From positions 86,730 through 150,729 of the forward strand of contig JANQQQ010000016.1 in NCBI GenBank assembly GCA_028284935.1: a stretch of 64,000 nt of DNA. The letters are read 5' to 3'. Positions 48,661-58,302 of this stretch are shown here, piece by piece. Source of the stretch: Croceivirga sp. (GTDB lineage: Bacteria; Bacteroidota; Bacteroidia; Flavobacteriales; Flavobacteriaceae). The notes under the pieces are model-generated. The model saw nothing but the letters and a program-made list of their open reading frames with translations. It was not told the origin of the DNA and did not search any database. A program made the position numbers and the translations under genes. Position 1 is the stretch's first letter; the number at the start of each line of letters is the position of its first letter.

Positions 48661-49692
48661 ATGCAACTGTACAATACATTAAGTGCAAAAGAGAGGGAAA
48701 AATTAATTGAGGATGCAGGCAAAGAACGCCTTACCATTTCCTTCTATCAATACGCACATATTGGGAATCCCCATATTTTTCGAAACCACCTTTTTATACA
48801 TTGGAACGAGCTCGAGGTTTTAGGCAGAATTTATGTGGCCAAAGAGGGCGTCAACGCGCAATTATCTGTTCCAGCGGAGCAATTTGAAGCCTTCAAGGCA
48901 CATTTGGATAGCATCTCGTTTTTGAATGGTGTTCGTCTTAACATTGCCCTTGAACAAGACAATAAATCCTTTTTAAAACTGAAGATCAAGGTGCGGCATA
49001 AGATCGTAGCTGATGGATTAAAGGATGACACCTTTGATGTGACCAACAAGGGCATCCATGTAAATGCTGAGCAGTTCAATCAACTTATTGAAGATCCCGA
49101 AAGTGTTGTGGTGGATATGCGCAATCATTATGAAAGTGAAATTGGTCACTTTGAAAAAGCCATTACTCCTGATGTGGACACCTTTCGTGACTCTTTGGAT
49201 ATTATTGAGGAACAGTTGGCCGAACACAAAGAAGACAAAAAGTTGGTGATGTATTGTACTGGAGGAATCCGTTGTGAAAAGGCCAGCGCCTATTACAAGC
49301 ACAAAGGGTTCAAAAACGTATTTCAATTGGAGGGCGGAATCATAGAATATACCCGTCAAGTGCGCCAAAAAGGATTGGAAAATAAATTCCGGGGCAAAAA
49401 CTTTGTGTTTGACCATAGAAGGGGAGAGCGCATCTCGGATGAAATCATTGCCCAATGTCATCAATGCGGCAAACCTTGTGACACTCATGTCAACTGCGCC
49501 AATGAGGCTTGTCACCTCTTGTTCATTCAATGTGAAGAGTGCGCTAAAAAAATGAATGATTGCTGTTCACAGGAATGTATGGATGTGGTGGCCCTGCCTT
49601 TTGAAGAACAAAAAAAACGCCGTAGGGGTAAACATGCCAGCAATAAAATATTTAAGAAAGGTCGTTCCGAAGTCTTGAAGTTTAAGAATTGA
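48661..49692 (+). CDS. trhO: tRNA uridine(34) hydroxylase (rhodanese-related)
   Basis: GRIYVAKEGVNAQ, DMRNHYE..IGHF, MYCTGGIRCEK and FVFDHR motifs. Confidence 0.9.
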   Translation: MQLYNTLSAKEREKLIEDAGKERLTISFYQYAHIGNPHIFRNHLFIHWNELEVLGRIYVAKEGVNAQLSVPAEQFEAFKAHLDSISFLNGVRLNIALEQDNKSFLKLKIKVRHKIVADGLKDDTFDVTNKGIHVNAEQFNQLIEDPESVVVDMRNHYESEIGHFEKAITPDVDTFRDSLDIIEEQLAEHKEDKKLVMYCTGGIRCEKASAYYKHKGFKNVFQLEGGIIEYTRQVRQKGLENKFRGKNFVFDHRRGERISDEIIAQCHQCGKPCDTHVNCANEACHLLFIQCEECAKKMNDCCSQECMDVVALPFEEQKKRRRGKHASNKIFKKGRSEVLKFKN

Positions 49693-49791
49693 ACACAAAC
49701 GCTTCCTCAAAATTTAGCTATCTTTATCCATAAGAATTTATGAACCTAAATCGAGAGTTCCATGGTGACCTCTTGATTCAAGATATCTAAT

Positions 49792-50961
49792 ATGGGATGT
49801 AGCAGTTGCTCAAACGGTGCGGGTGGGCAACCGCGCGGCTGTAAGAACAATGGTACTTGCGGTACGGATGGTTGCAATAAGCTTACCGTTTTTGATTGGC
49901 TTTCCAATATGTCACTGCCTAATGGTCAAACTCCTTTTGACTGTGTAGAGATAAGATTTAAAAATGGCAGAAAAGAGTTTTATAGAAACACGGAAAAACT
50001 CTCCATCGCTATCGGGGATGTGGTTGCCACACAGGCCAAGTCCGGTCATGACGTGGGCATTGTCACCCTGACCGGTGAGCTGGTCAAAGTGCAGATGAAA
50101 CGTAAAAAGGTAAATTATGAGGACAATGCTCTCCCTAAAATTTACCGCAAGGCCACTCAACGCGACATTGACATTTGGCAAAAATACAGGGGCAAAGAAG
50201 AAGAAATAAAAAAGCGTTCCCGTGAAATCGCAATATCGTTGAATTTAAAGATGAAATTGAGTGATGTTGAATTTCAAGGCGATGGTTCCAAAGCTACTTT
50301 TTATTATACTGCAGAGGACAGGGTCGATTTTCGTCAGCTGATTAAGGATATGGCCAAGGCTTTTGGAACGCGAATTGAAATGCGCCAAATTGGCTACAGG
50401 CAAGAGGCACAGCGCCTTGGAGGAATTGGTTCCTGCGGCAGGGAACTTTGCTGCTCAACATGGCTCACTGACTTTAGGTCGGTTAGTACCGCATCAGCCC
50501 GGTACCAGCAATTGGCTCTAAATCCCCAGAAATTGGCTGGACAGTGTGGTAAACTAAAGTGTTGTCTCAACTATGAATTGGACATGTACCTGGAAGCCTT
50601 AAATGACTTTCCCTCAGCAGATAGTAAACTTCTTACCAATAAGGGAATGGCTTTTTGCCAAAAAGCAGATATCTTTAAGGAAACCCTCTGGTTTTCATAC
50701 AAGAATGATCCTTCCAATTGGCATGCCTTAAAAAAGGAACAGGTGCAGGAAATATTGGAAATCAACAGCGATGGCAAGAAAATAGAAAGCTTGGAGGAAT
50801 ACGTTGCCGAGACAACCGAAGAAGAGCGTCTAGCCTTTGAAAATGTGGTTGGGCAAGATAGCTTGACCCGCTTTGACCGCCCTAGGCGCAAAAAAACCAA
50901 ACGACATAAAGGCAAAAATCAAAAAAAGAAGAATAGAAACAAATCAGTCAAAAATGCATAG
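49792..50961 (+). CDS. ricT: PSP1-domain / RicT-family protein
   Basis: RVDFRQL...RIEMRQIG, GSCGRELCCSTW and AGQCGKLKCCL motifs. Confidence 0.85.
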   Translation: MGCSSCSNGAGGQPRGCKNNGTCGTDGCNKLTVFDWLSNMSLPNGQTPFDCVEIRFKNGRKEFYRNTEKLSIAIGDVVATQAKSGHDVGIVTLTGELVKVQMKRKKVNYEDNALPKIYRKATQRDIDIWQKYRGKEEEIKKRSREIAISLNLKMKLSDVEFQGDGSKATFYYTAEDRVDFRQLIKDMAKAFGTRIEMRQIGYRQEAQRLGGIGSCGRELCCSTWLTDFRSVSTASARYQQLALNPQKLAGQCGKLKCCLNYELDMYLEALNDFPSADSKLLTNKGMAFCQKADIFKETLWFSYKNDPSNWHALKKEQVQEILEINSDGKKIESLEEYVAETTEEERLAFENVVGQDSLTRFDRPRRKKTKRHKGKNQKKKNRNKSVKNA

Positions 50962-51436
50962 GTATTCGTTGGTTGTATTGACCCTATTGTTAATGGTTGC
51001 CTGCAATGAAAACCTAGTGTATTCAGAATATGTTCCCGTAAGCAATGGTACTTGGAAGAAAGCGGATACCATTACCTTTCAATGGAAGGATCTGGACACC
51101 TTAAATAAGCACCATGTTTTTTTGAATGTTAGGAATGACGAGCGTTACGAATTCAGCAATCTTTTTTTGATCACAGAGTTGGAAGCACCCAACGGCAACA
51201 CCCAAGTAGACACTTTGGAATATGAAATGGCGTTACCTTCTGGAGAATGGCTTGGAAAAGGCATGGGCAGCGTTAAGGAAAGTAAACTATGGTATAAGGA
51301 AAACATCGGTTTTGAAGATTCTGGCGTATATAGGTTAAGGGTGCTGCACGCCATGAGAAAGAACGGTACAGTGGAGGGCTTGGAGGAATTGTTGGGAATA
51401 ACTGATGTTGGAATTCAAATTGAAAAAGTGAAATAG
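50954..51436 (+). CDS. gldH: Gliding motility lipoprotein GldH
   Basis: Lipobox MVA-C, YEFSNLFLI, DTLEYEMA..GEWLGKG and DVGIQIEK. Start taken at ATG 50954. Confidence 0.9.
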   Translation: MHRYSLVVLTLLLMVACNENLVYSEYVPVSNGTWKKADTITFQWKDLDTLNKHHVFLNVRNDERYEFSNLFLITELEAPNGNTQVDTLEYEMALPSGEWLGKGMGSVKESKLWYKENIGFEDSGVYRLRVLHAMRKNGTVEGLEELLGITDVGIQIEKVK

Positions 51437-51438
51437 CA

Positions 51439-53769
51439 ATGGCTAAGAAATCTCCCCCTAAGAAGAAGGGTTTTTCAAAATTTATATTGTGGTTTTGGGC
51501 ACTGTTTGGAACAGGAGTACTTCTTGTTGCCCTTATTTTTCTAATGGCATCATGGGGCGTTTTTGGGGATATGCCGGAATATCAGTATTTAGAGAATCCA
51601 GAAACAAATCTGGCTACGGAAATTCTCTCTTCAGATGGGGTTACTTTGGGAAAATTTTATTTGGACGACAATCGGACGCCCATTAGTTTTAATGAATTGC
51701 CTGATAACCTTATTCACGCTTTGGTCGCTACCGAAGATGTCAGATATTACGATCATGCGGGTATTGACGCTCGGGGATTTCTTAGGGCGTTGGTATTTCT
51801 AGGTAAAAAGGGTGGTGCGAGTACCATATCCCAGCAATTGGCGCGTCAACTCTTCATAGGGGCAAGGGACAAAAAGAGTACTACAAATGCAATAACCCAA
51901 AAAATAAAGGAATGGGTCTTGGCCACACAATTGGAGCGCCAGTATACCAAAGAAGAGATTATCGCCATGTATCTGAATATTTATGATTTTGGGTATGCCG
52001 CTGATGGTATTCGATCTGCAGCCAGAATCTATTTTGGTAAGGAACCTATTGATTTAAGAACGGAGGAATCGGCGATGTTGGTGGGCATGCTTAAAAACTC
52101 TTCCCTATTTAATCCACTACGAAGGGAAGAACTTGTTTTCAATCGGCGAAATACTGTTTTAGGTCAAATGGCCAAATACGGGTATTTATCCATCAAGGAA
52201 AAGGATTCCCTACAAAATCTAGAAATAGATTTGAACTTTAGTCCGGAATCTCATCGAGAGGGCCTTGCCACCTATTTTAGAATGTACGCTCAGCGTTGGT
52301 TGAACAATTGGGTCAAAGAACATCCCAAGCCCGATGGTGAGAAATACAATATTTATTTGGACGGACTTAAAGTATACACAACCATCGATTCGCGTATGCA
52401 AAAGAATGCCGAGGATGCTGTAGAGGCCCATATGAAAAATTTACAGGCCGAATTTTTTGTGCAGAACACTCCTGAACGAAATCCAACCACCCCATTTATG
52501 GATTTGGAACCTGAAGCGATTAATAGCATTATGGAGCGTGCCATGAAGGCTTCCCAAAGGTGGAGGGCGATGAAACGACAGGGAATTTCCGAAAATGAAA
52601 TCAGGGCTTCCTTTAACGAAAAGACAGAAATGAATGTTTTTGATTGGAACAGTGATTCTTATGAAAAGGATACCGTAATGACCCCATTGGATTCCATTAG
52701 GTATTACAAAACCTTTTTGCGGACCGCGATGATGTCCATGGAACCGCAGACAGGACATGTAAAGGCTTGGGTTGGAGGTGTGGATTACAAACACTTTCAA
52801 TATGACAATGTGATTCAAGGAGAGCGTCAGGCAGGTTCTACGTTTAAGCCTTTTGTCTATGCCGCCGCTATTGACCAATTACGATATTCACCATGTGATT
52901 CACTACCCGACACCCAATACTGTATTGAGCCCATGAAACATGGAAATATGGAGAAGTGGTGCCCCAAAAATTCAGATGGAAAATACTCGTTAAAAAAGCG
53001 CACCTTAAAAAATGCGTTGGCGAATTCCGTGAATACCGTCACTGCCCAACTCATTGATCAAGTAGGACCAGGCTCCGTTGTGGAAATTGCAAAAAACATG
53101 GGATTGACCAAAGAAATCCCCCCTGTTCCTTCCATTGCGCTGGGAACAGTAGATTTCAATGTCTACGAAATGGTAGGGGCTTATGGTACTTTTGCCAACC
53201 AAGGGGTATACGTGAAACCGGTAATGATAACCCGAATTGAAGATAAAAATGGTACTGTACTTTATGAGTATGTTCCAGAAACCAAAGATGTGTTGAGCAA
53301 AGATGTGGCCTATACCATGGTGAATTTAATGGAAGGTGTCACACAAGGAGGGTCAGGGACCCGGTTAAGGCATACGTTTGGAGTCAATAATCATGTTTAT
53401 AAAGATGTGGTTACGGGGTATCCCTACGAACTTACCAATCCAATTGCTGGAAAGACAGGCACGACCCAAAACCAAAGCGATGGTTGGTTTATGGGGATGG
53501 TGCCCAATTTGGTGACCGGAGTTTGGGTTGGTGGTGAAGAACGTTCTACTCACTTCAAAGGATTGGATTACGGACAAGGAGCGTCCATGGCATTGCCGAT
53601 TTGGGCCTTGTACATGAAGGCGAATTACGAAAATGAGGAACTGGGTGTTTCCACCGATGCCTTTGAAGAGCCTGAGGACCTTTCCATCAATGTGGACTGC
53701 ACTAAAATCATGGAGGAAATCAAAAAGGAAACGGATACCGAGGATGATTTGGAAGACCTGGATTTTTAA
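51439..53769 (+). CDS. Penicillin-binding protein 1A (transglycosylase/transpeptidase)
   Basis: [22 protein letters not shown] (SxxK), SVN and KTGT motifs. Confidence 0.93.
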   Translation: MAKKSPPKKKGFSKFILWFWALFGTGVLLVALIFLMASWGVFGDMPEYQYLENPETNLATEILSSDGVTLGKFYLDDNRTPISFNELPDNLIHALVATEDVRYYDHAGIDARGFLRALVFLGKKGGASTISQQLARQLFIGARDKKSTTNAITQKIKEWVLATQLERQYTKEEIIAMYLNIYDFGYAADGIRSAARIYFGKEPIDLRTEESAMLVGMLKNSSLFNPLRREELVFNRRNTVLGQMAKYGYLSIKEKDSLQNLEIDLNFSPESHREGLATYFRMYAQRWLNNWVKEHPKPDGEKYNIYLDGLKVYTTIDSRMQKNAEDAVEAHMKNLQAEFFVQNTPERNPTTPFMDLEPEAINSIMERAMKASQRWRAMKRQGISENEIRASFNEKTEMNVFDWNSDSYEKDTVMTPLDSIRYYKTFLRTAMMSMEPQTGHVKAWVGGVDYKHFQYDNVIQGERQAGSTFKPFVYAAAIDQLRYSPCDSLPDTQYCIEPMKHGNMEKWCPKNSDGKYSLKKRTLKNALANSVNTVTAQLIDQVGPGSVVEIAKNMGLTKEIPPVPSIALGTVDFNVYEMVGAYGTFANQGVYVKPVMITRIEDKNGTVLYEYVPETKDVLSKDVAYTMVNLMEGVTQGGSGTRLRHTFGVNNHVYKDVVTGYPYELTNPIAGKTGTTQNQSDGWFMGMVPNLVTGVWVGGEERSTHFKGLDYGQGASMALPIWALYMKANYENEELGVSTDAFEEPEDLSINVDCTKIMEEIKKETDTEDDLEDLDF

Positions 53770-53780
53770 AAAGCAACAAA

Positions 53781-54491
53781 ATGATAAACAAAAAAGTCGC
53801 CAATGTTGAAGAAGCACTTAAGGGTGTAGAAAGCGGAATGACCCTTATGCTTGGTGGTTTTGGATTGTGCGGGATTCCCGAAAATGCGATTGCCGAGCTG
53901 GTAAGACTTGAGATAAATGATATTACCTGTATTTCCAACAACGCGGGGGTGGATGATTTTGGATTGGGGCTTTTACTTCAAAACCATCAAATCAAAAAAA
54001 TGGTTTCTTCGTATGTGGGGGAGAACGATGAGTTTGAGCGACAAATGCTTTCCGGCGAATTGGAAGTGGAGCTAACGCCACAAGGGACCTTAGCAGAAAA
54101 ATGCCGTGCGGCACAAGCGGGATTCCCCGCTTTTTACACCCCCGCAGGCTATGGCACGGAAGTAGCGGAAGGCAAGGAAACCCGGGAGTTTGATGGAAAG
54201 ATGTATGTTTTGGAAGCCGCCTACAAGGCCGATTTTTCATTTGTAAAGGCATGGAAAGGAGATGAAGCTGGAAACCTGATTTTTAAGGGAACGGCACGAA
54301 ATTTCAATCCATGCATGTGCGGTGCGGCCACCATTACAGTAGCCGAAGTGGAGGAATTACTTCCGGCAGGAAACCTTGACCCCAACCAAATTCATATCCC
54401 CGGAATTTTTGTACAACGGATTTTTCAAGGGAAGCGTTACGAAAAACGAATTGAGCAAAGAACGGTAAGAGCCACAGAACATGTTGGATAA
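53781..54491 (+). CDS. scoA: 3-oxoacid CoA-transferase subunit A
   Basis: [14 protein letters not shown] and PQGTLAE motifs. Confidence 0.9.
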   Translation: MINKKVANVEEALKGVESGMTLMLGGFGLCGIPENAIAELVRLEINDITCISNNAGVDDFGLGLLLQNHQIKKMVSSYVGENDEFERQMLSGELEVELTPQGTLAEKCRAAQAGFPAFYTPAGYGTEVAEGKETREFDGKMYVLEAAYKADFSFVKAWKGDEAGNLIFKGTARNFNPCMCGAATITVAEVEELLPAGNLDPNQIHIPGIFVQRIFQGKRYEKRIEQRTVRATEHVG

Positions 54492-55134
54492 AAACGGAAT
54501 TGCAAAACGAATCGCTAAAGAGGTTAAGGACGGATACTATGTGAATCTAGGGATTGGCATTCCTACTTTGGTGGCCAATTTTGTTCGAAATGATATCGAG
54601 GTAGAATTTCAAAGCGAAAATGGGGTTTTGGGGATGGGTCCTTTTCCTTTTGAGGGTGAGGAGGATGCAGATATCATCAATGCTGGGAAACAAACGATAA
54701 CTACGTTGCCAGGCGCCTCCTTTTTTGATTCTGCCACGAGCTTTGGAATGATTAGGGGCAAGCACGTGGACCTTACTATTTTAGGAGCCATGGAGGTGGC
54801 TGAAAACGGGGATATAGCCAATTGGAAAATTCCGGGAAAAATGGTCAAGGGAATGGGTGGTGCAATGGACTTAGTGGCTTCAGCGGAAAATATTATCGTA
54901 GCCATGATGCATACCAACAAGTCTGGACAGTCCAAACTTCTCAACAGATGTACCCTGCCTTTAACTGGAGTGGGCTGTGTAAAAAAGATTGTGACCAATA
55001 TGGCCGTATTAGAGGTTAAGAATCATGCATTTCATTTGTTGGAAAGAGCCCCAGGTGTCTCTGTGGAGGATATTAAAAAAGCGACTGAGGGAAGGCTTGT
55101 CGTGGCAGGGGATATCCCTGAAATGGAGCTCTAA
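54481..55134 (+). CDS. scoB: 3-oxoacid CoA-transferase subunit B
   Basis: [12 protein letters not shown] and GMGGAMDL motifs. Confidence 0.9.
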   Translation: MLDKNGIAKRIAKEVKDGYYVNLGIGIPTLVANFVRNDIEVEFQSENGVLGMGPFPFEGEEDADIINAGKQTITTLPGASFFDSATSFGMIRGKHVDLTILGAMEVAENGDIANWKIPGKMVKGMGGAMDLVASAENIIVAMMHTNKSGQSKLLNRCTLPLTGVGCVKKIVTNMAVLEVKNHAFHLLERAPGVSVEDIKKATEGRLVVAGDIPEMEL

Positions 55135-55230
55135 ACCTTCCGTTTATCCGAGAAAAGGTACTGTTCGTTTATCACACAACAACATGGGTTACATTCACAA
55201 CAAAATATTTATGGCGTTAAAGTCGTTAAT

Positions 55231-55238
55231 TATCTTTG
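55231..55238 (+). promoter_or_regulatory. -7 promoter element upstream of the small ORF
   Basis: TATCTTTG, an exact TAnnTTTG match. Confidence 0.65.
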
Positions 55239-55286
55239 AAATGAATTAAAAAATTTCCAAATTAACCTACTTTAATTCCAGACCCA

Positions 55287-55400
55287 ATGATTTCAGAATT
55301 TAACCATGAGCCTGTTGCTGTTGAACAGGAAATACAGGTGTACCGCAATGATTTTTACAGCGGTTTCGTAAGGTTGGTAAGAAAGCTTTTCATGCTATAA
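55287..55400 (+). CDS. 37-aa small protein (absent from the ORF track)
   Basis: MISEFNHEPVAVEQEIQVYRNDFYSGFVRLVRKLFML*, bracketed by a promoter and a terminator. Confidence 0.6.
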   Translation: MISEFNHEPVAVEQEIQVYRNDFYSGFVRLVRKLFML

Positions 55401-55429
55401 GCCCAACTATTTCAACCAAAAAACTAAAG

Positions 55430-55459
55430 GAGTCGATTTGTCGACTCTTTTTTATTTTT
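55430..55459 (+). terminator. Intrinsic terminator after the small ORF
   Basis: GAGTCGA-TTTG-TCGACTC followed by TTTTTTATTTTT. Confidence 0.85.
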
Positions 55460-55465
55460 GGGAGG

Positions 55466-55984
55466 ATGGAAATTACGTTTAGAAAGGGTAATCCCAAAGA
55501 TATCAATGAACTTCAAGGGCTTTCCATAACTACTTTTACACATGCTTTTGAAAATCAAAACGACCCAAAGGATTTTCAAGCGTACTTGACCAAAGCTTTT
55601 TCAAAGGAGCAGCTTCTTTCTGAGCTTAAGGATCCCAATACTTCATTTTATTTCGTAAGCCATCGAGGAACACCCGTAGGCTACTTTAAGACCAATATCT
55701 TTGAAGCACAAAATGAACTCCAGGAACCCGAAGGAATGGAATTGGAGCGCATTTACGTGAATTCCTTATTTCAAGGCAAAGGTATAGGTCTAAGAATACT
55801 GTCATTTGTGGAATCTTTGGCTCAAAAGGAGGGCAAAACCTATCTTTGGTTGGGCGTATGGGAACACAACACTAAAGCCATCCGATTTTATGAACGATAT
55901 GGCTATATGAAATTTGATACCCACCCCTATTACATCGGAAACGATGAGCAAACGGACTGGCTACTAAAAAAAGAATTCAAATAA
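55466..55984 (+). CDS. GNAT N-acetyltransferase (PaiA-like)
   Basis: ELERIYV..FQGKGIG, LWLGVWEHN.KAIRFY and GNDEQTD motifs. Confidence 0.9.
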   Translation: MEITFRKGNPKDINELQGLSITTFTHAFENQNDPKDFQAYLTKAFSKEQLLSELKDPNTSFYFVSHRGTPVGYFKTNIFEAQNELQEPEGMELERIYVNSLFQGKGIGLRILSFVESLAQKEGKTYLWLGVWEHNTKAIRFYERYGYMKFDTHPYYIGNDEQTDWLLKKEFK

Positions 55985-57133
55985 ATGAAAAAAGGAATCG
56001 TTTTTATTTTTCTGACCACTGTTAATTTTTGTTTGGCCCAAGACATTTTTTTTCCTGAAAGGAATCAGGATTGGGTTGTTATGAAGGAGGTTTCCTCTGC
56101 TTTTGATGAGGAAAGGCTAAATGTGGCGGTCCAGTTTGCACTGGACAATGAGTATTCAGGATCCCGTGATTTACGTAGGGCCATTTTAAAGGGATTTGAG
56201 CGCGAGCCTTTCCATGAAATCTTGGGACCTACCAAAAAGCGTGGAGGTCCAGCGGGAATGATTTTAAAGAACGGATACCTGGTCAAAAGTTGGGGGGATA
56301 CCCAACGTGTGGACATGACCTTTAGTGTTACAAAAAGTTTTTTGTCTACTGTTGCGGGTTTGGCTTACGACCAAAAGCTCATTGCCGACATTAATGATGG
56401 GGTTGGGGAATACATATGGGATGGAACGTTTCGGGGAGCACACAACTCAAAAATAACATGGGAACATCTTTTGCAACAGAATTCAGATTGGTCAGGACAA
56501 CTCTTTGGAATCAAGGATTGGGCAGACCGCCCACCTCGAAAAGGTGATTTGGACGATTGGAAATTTCGCGAATTGAGAGAACCCGGAACGGTAATGGAGT
56601 ACAACGATGTTCGCGTCAACGTTTTGGCCTACGCTTTGACGCATGTATGGCGCAAGCCGTTGCCGATGGTCTTAAAGAAACACCTTATGGATAAAATTGG
56701 TGCCTCAACCACGTGGCGTTGGTTTGGGTATAAAAATGCTTGGACAACCATTGATGGCATCCAAATGAAATCAGTTACCGGGGGTGGTCACTCCGGTGGC
56801 GGTATATTCATTTCGGCTGAGGACATGGCTCGTTTTGGATTGCTATTTCTAAACAATGGTAACTGGAATGGGGAACAGCTCATTAGCAAGGAATGGATTA
56901 AAATGGCCATCACTCCTTCAAAGCCCAATACTAATTATGGGTATATGTGGTGGTTAAATCTGGAAGGTAACAGACAATGGCAGGGCGTTTCTGAAAAGGT
57001 GTTTTATGCAGCGGGGTTCGGGGGCAATTTTATAGTTATCGATAAAGAAAATGACTTGGTCGTGGTAACCCGATGGCTGGAGCCCAGTAAAATAGGCGAG
57101 TTTATGAAAATAATTGCTGCTTCAATAGACTGA
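55985..57133 (+). CDS. Serine hydrolase (class C beta-lactamase / NylB-like), exported
   Basis: FSVTKS (SxxK), EYND, YGYMWW and AAGFGG motifs. Confidence 0.85.
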   Translation: MKKGIVFIFLTTVNFCLAQDIFFPERNQDWVVMKEVSSAFDEERLNVAVQFALDNEYSGSRDLRRAILKGFEREPFHEILGPTKKRGGPAGMILKNGYLVKSWGDTQRVDMTFSVTKSFLSTVAGLAYDQKLIADINDGVGEYIWDGTFRGAHNSKITWEHLLQQNSDWSGQLFGIKDWADRPPRKGDLDDWKFRELREPGTVMEYNDVRVNVLAYALTHVWRKPLPMVLKKHLMDKIGASTTWRWFGYKNAWTTIDGIQMKSVTGGGHSGGGIFISAEDMARFGLLFLNNGNWNGEQLISKEWIKMAITPSKPNTNYGYMWWLNLEGNRQWQGVSEKVFYAAGFGGNFIVIDKENDLVVVTRWLEPSKIGEFMKIIAASID

Positions 57134-57134
57134 C

Positions 57135-57410
57135 CTATAGGTTGAGCATACCATCTAGATACATAATGTCTCCCTCCGCCTGTAGTTTTTGAGCTAAGGC
57201 GTTTTCAAAGGCTACGTGTACCAAAAGTGCAATGGCCTTTGAATTGGATTTTGTTAGGCTATTTGTCCTATAAATGACATCACGTATTGTGGAGAAACTT
57301 ACGTTGCTCCTAAGCGAAACGTTGGCAATATCATCTTTTGATGTTGTTCTCCTAAGAATTTCAGATAGTCTTGCGTTTAAAGGTTTTCCATAATCTTCTG
57401 ATTTGAACAT
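57135..57410 (-). CDS. Small putative Cro-like HTH protein
   Basis: KDDIANVSLRSNVSFSTIRDVIYRT resembles an HTH. Divergent from an XRE/S24 repressor. Start may extend to 57455. Confidence 0.55.
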   Translation of the reverse strand: MFKSEDYGKPLNARLSEILRRTTSKDDIANVSLRSNVSFSTIRDVIYRTNSLTKSNSKAIALLVHVAFENALAQKLQAEGDIMYLDGMLNL

Positions 57411-57472
57411 GATTTCGTTGCGAATGGTTAAGGTATATTTTGAAGATGACATCATTTTATGTCTTCGTTTAA

Positions 57473-57560
57473 GTAATTGAACTTATATTTGCTTGTAATT
57501 GGATTACAGATAAATTACAATTTTTTGCGTATCAATATAAATATATGCAAAAAAATTACA
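57473..57560. promoter_or_regulatory. Operator-like array in the divergent region
   Basis: TGTAAT-TGG-ATTACA, additional GTAATT/AATTACA half-sites, TTTTTTGCGTAT / ATATGCAAAAAA, and a -7 element TATATTTG at 57484. Confidence 0.6.
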
Positions 57561-57573
57561 CAAATCATATATT

Positions 57574-58278
57574 TTGGAAATCATAAAGCAATTAAGAAGG
57601 AAAAATGGGATCAACCAAAGTGATTTAGCTTTTGCTATAGGCGTAAGTTTAAGAACCATTCAGCTTTATGAAAAAAAGAATGCCAATATTCCGATAAAAA
57701 ACCTTAATAAGATTGCAGACTTTTTTGAAATGAGTATTGGGGAATTGTATTTATATGAAGTCAATGAGGGAGAAGGGAACTACTCAAAAAAACAACCGTT
57801 TGTTAAGGGCAGAAGTTTTGGCTATCAATTGGAAAATGGAAAGGTACTTTTAAAAGTTCCGCTTTTGCCAACCGAGCTGCAACAGGATTTTTTGAATAAA
57901 CAGAATGAGGATGTCTTTATAAAAAGGTTGATCCGAATGGATTTTTTGCTTCAATCACCGGATGATACTTTTTATATGGCTTTTGAAATTAGTGGGGATG
58001 CCATGGACAATGGAACATCCTATTCAATCCCAAATGGCACATTGGTATTGGGGAAAAAGGTGGATAAATTCAAATTGCATTCTAACAAAGGGCTGAGGAA
58101 CAAAGCCTTTGTGTTTATTTGTGCTAACAGAATTATATGTAAATCAATTACAGCTATTTCTATGGATTTGGAGACCATAATTTGCCATAATTTAAATCCA
58201 TCCCCTGAATACAAGGATTTTGAAATTCAAATGAATGAGGTGAGTGACGTTTATGAGGTAATTAAAAGGCAGGTCTAG
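57574..58278 (+). CDS. XRE HTH + S24-like (CI/LexA-type) repressor, protease site degenerate
   Basis: N-terminal INQSDLAFAIGVSLRTIQLYE. C-terminal FEISGDAM (GDSM expected), ICK and NLNPSPEY. Confidence 0.85.
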   Translation: MEIIKQLRRKNGINQSDLAFAIGVSLRTIQLYEKKNANIPIKNLNKIADFFEMSIGELYLYEVNEGEGNYSKKQPFVKGRSFGYQLENGKVLLKVPLLPTELQQDFLNKQNEDVFIKRLIRMDFLLQSPDDTFYMAFEISGDAMDNGTSYSIPNGTLVLGKKVDKFKLHSNKGLRNKAFVFICANRIICKSITAISMDLETIICHNLNPSPEYKDFEIQMNEVSDVYEVIKRQV

Positions 58279-58302
58279 AATAAAAGGCAATCTACGTGAA
58301 CT

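Noticed and set aside
48410-48682. 90-aa ORF between recA and trhO
   Set aside because: TTG start immediately next to the recA start, runs across divergent promoters, overlaps trhO out of frame, and has no motif.
629-57133. Three beta-lactamase-like serine hydrolases as a resistance cluster
   Set aside because: They are dispersed, divergent from each other, and belong to an expanded family in Flavobacteriaceae. The fold does not imply resistance.
57135-58278. Prophage
   Set aside because: No integrase, structural or replication genes and no att repeats are visible. Retained only as an orphan switch.
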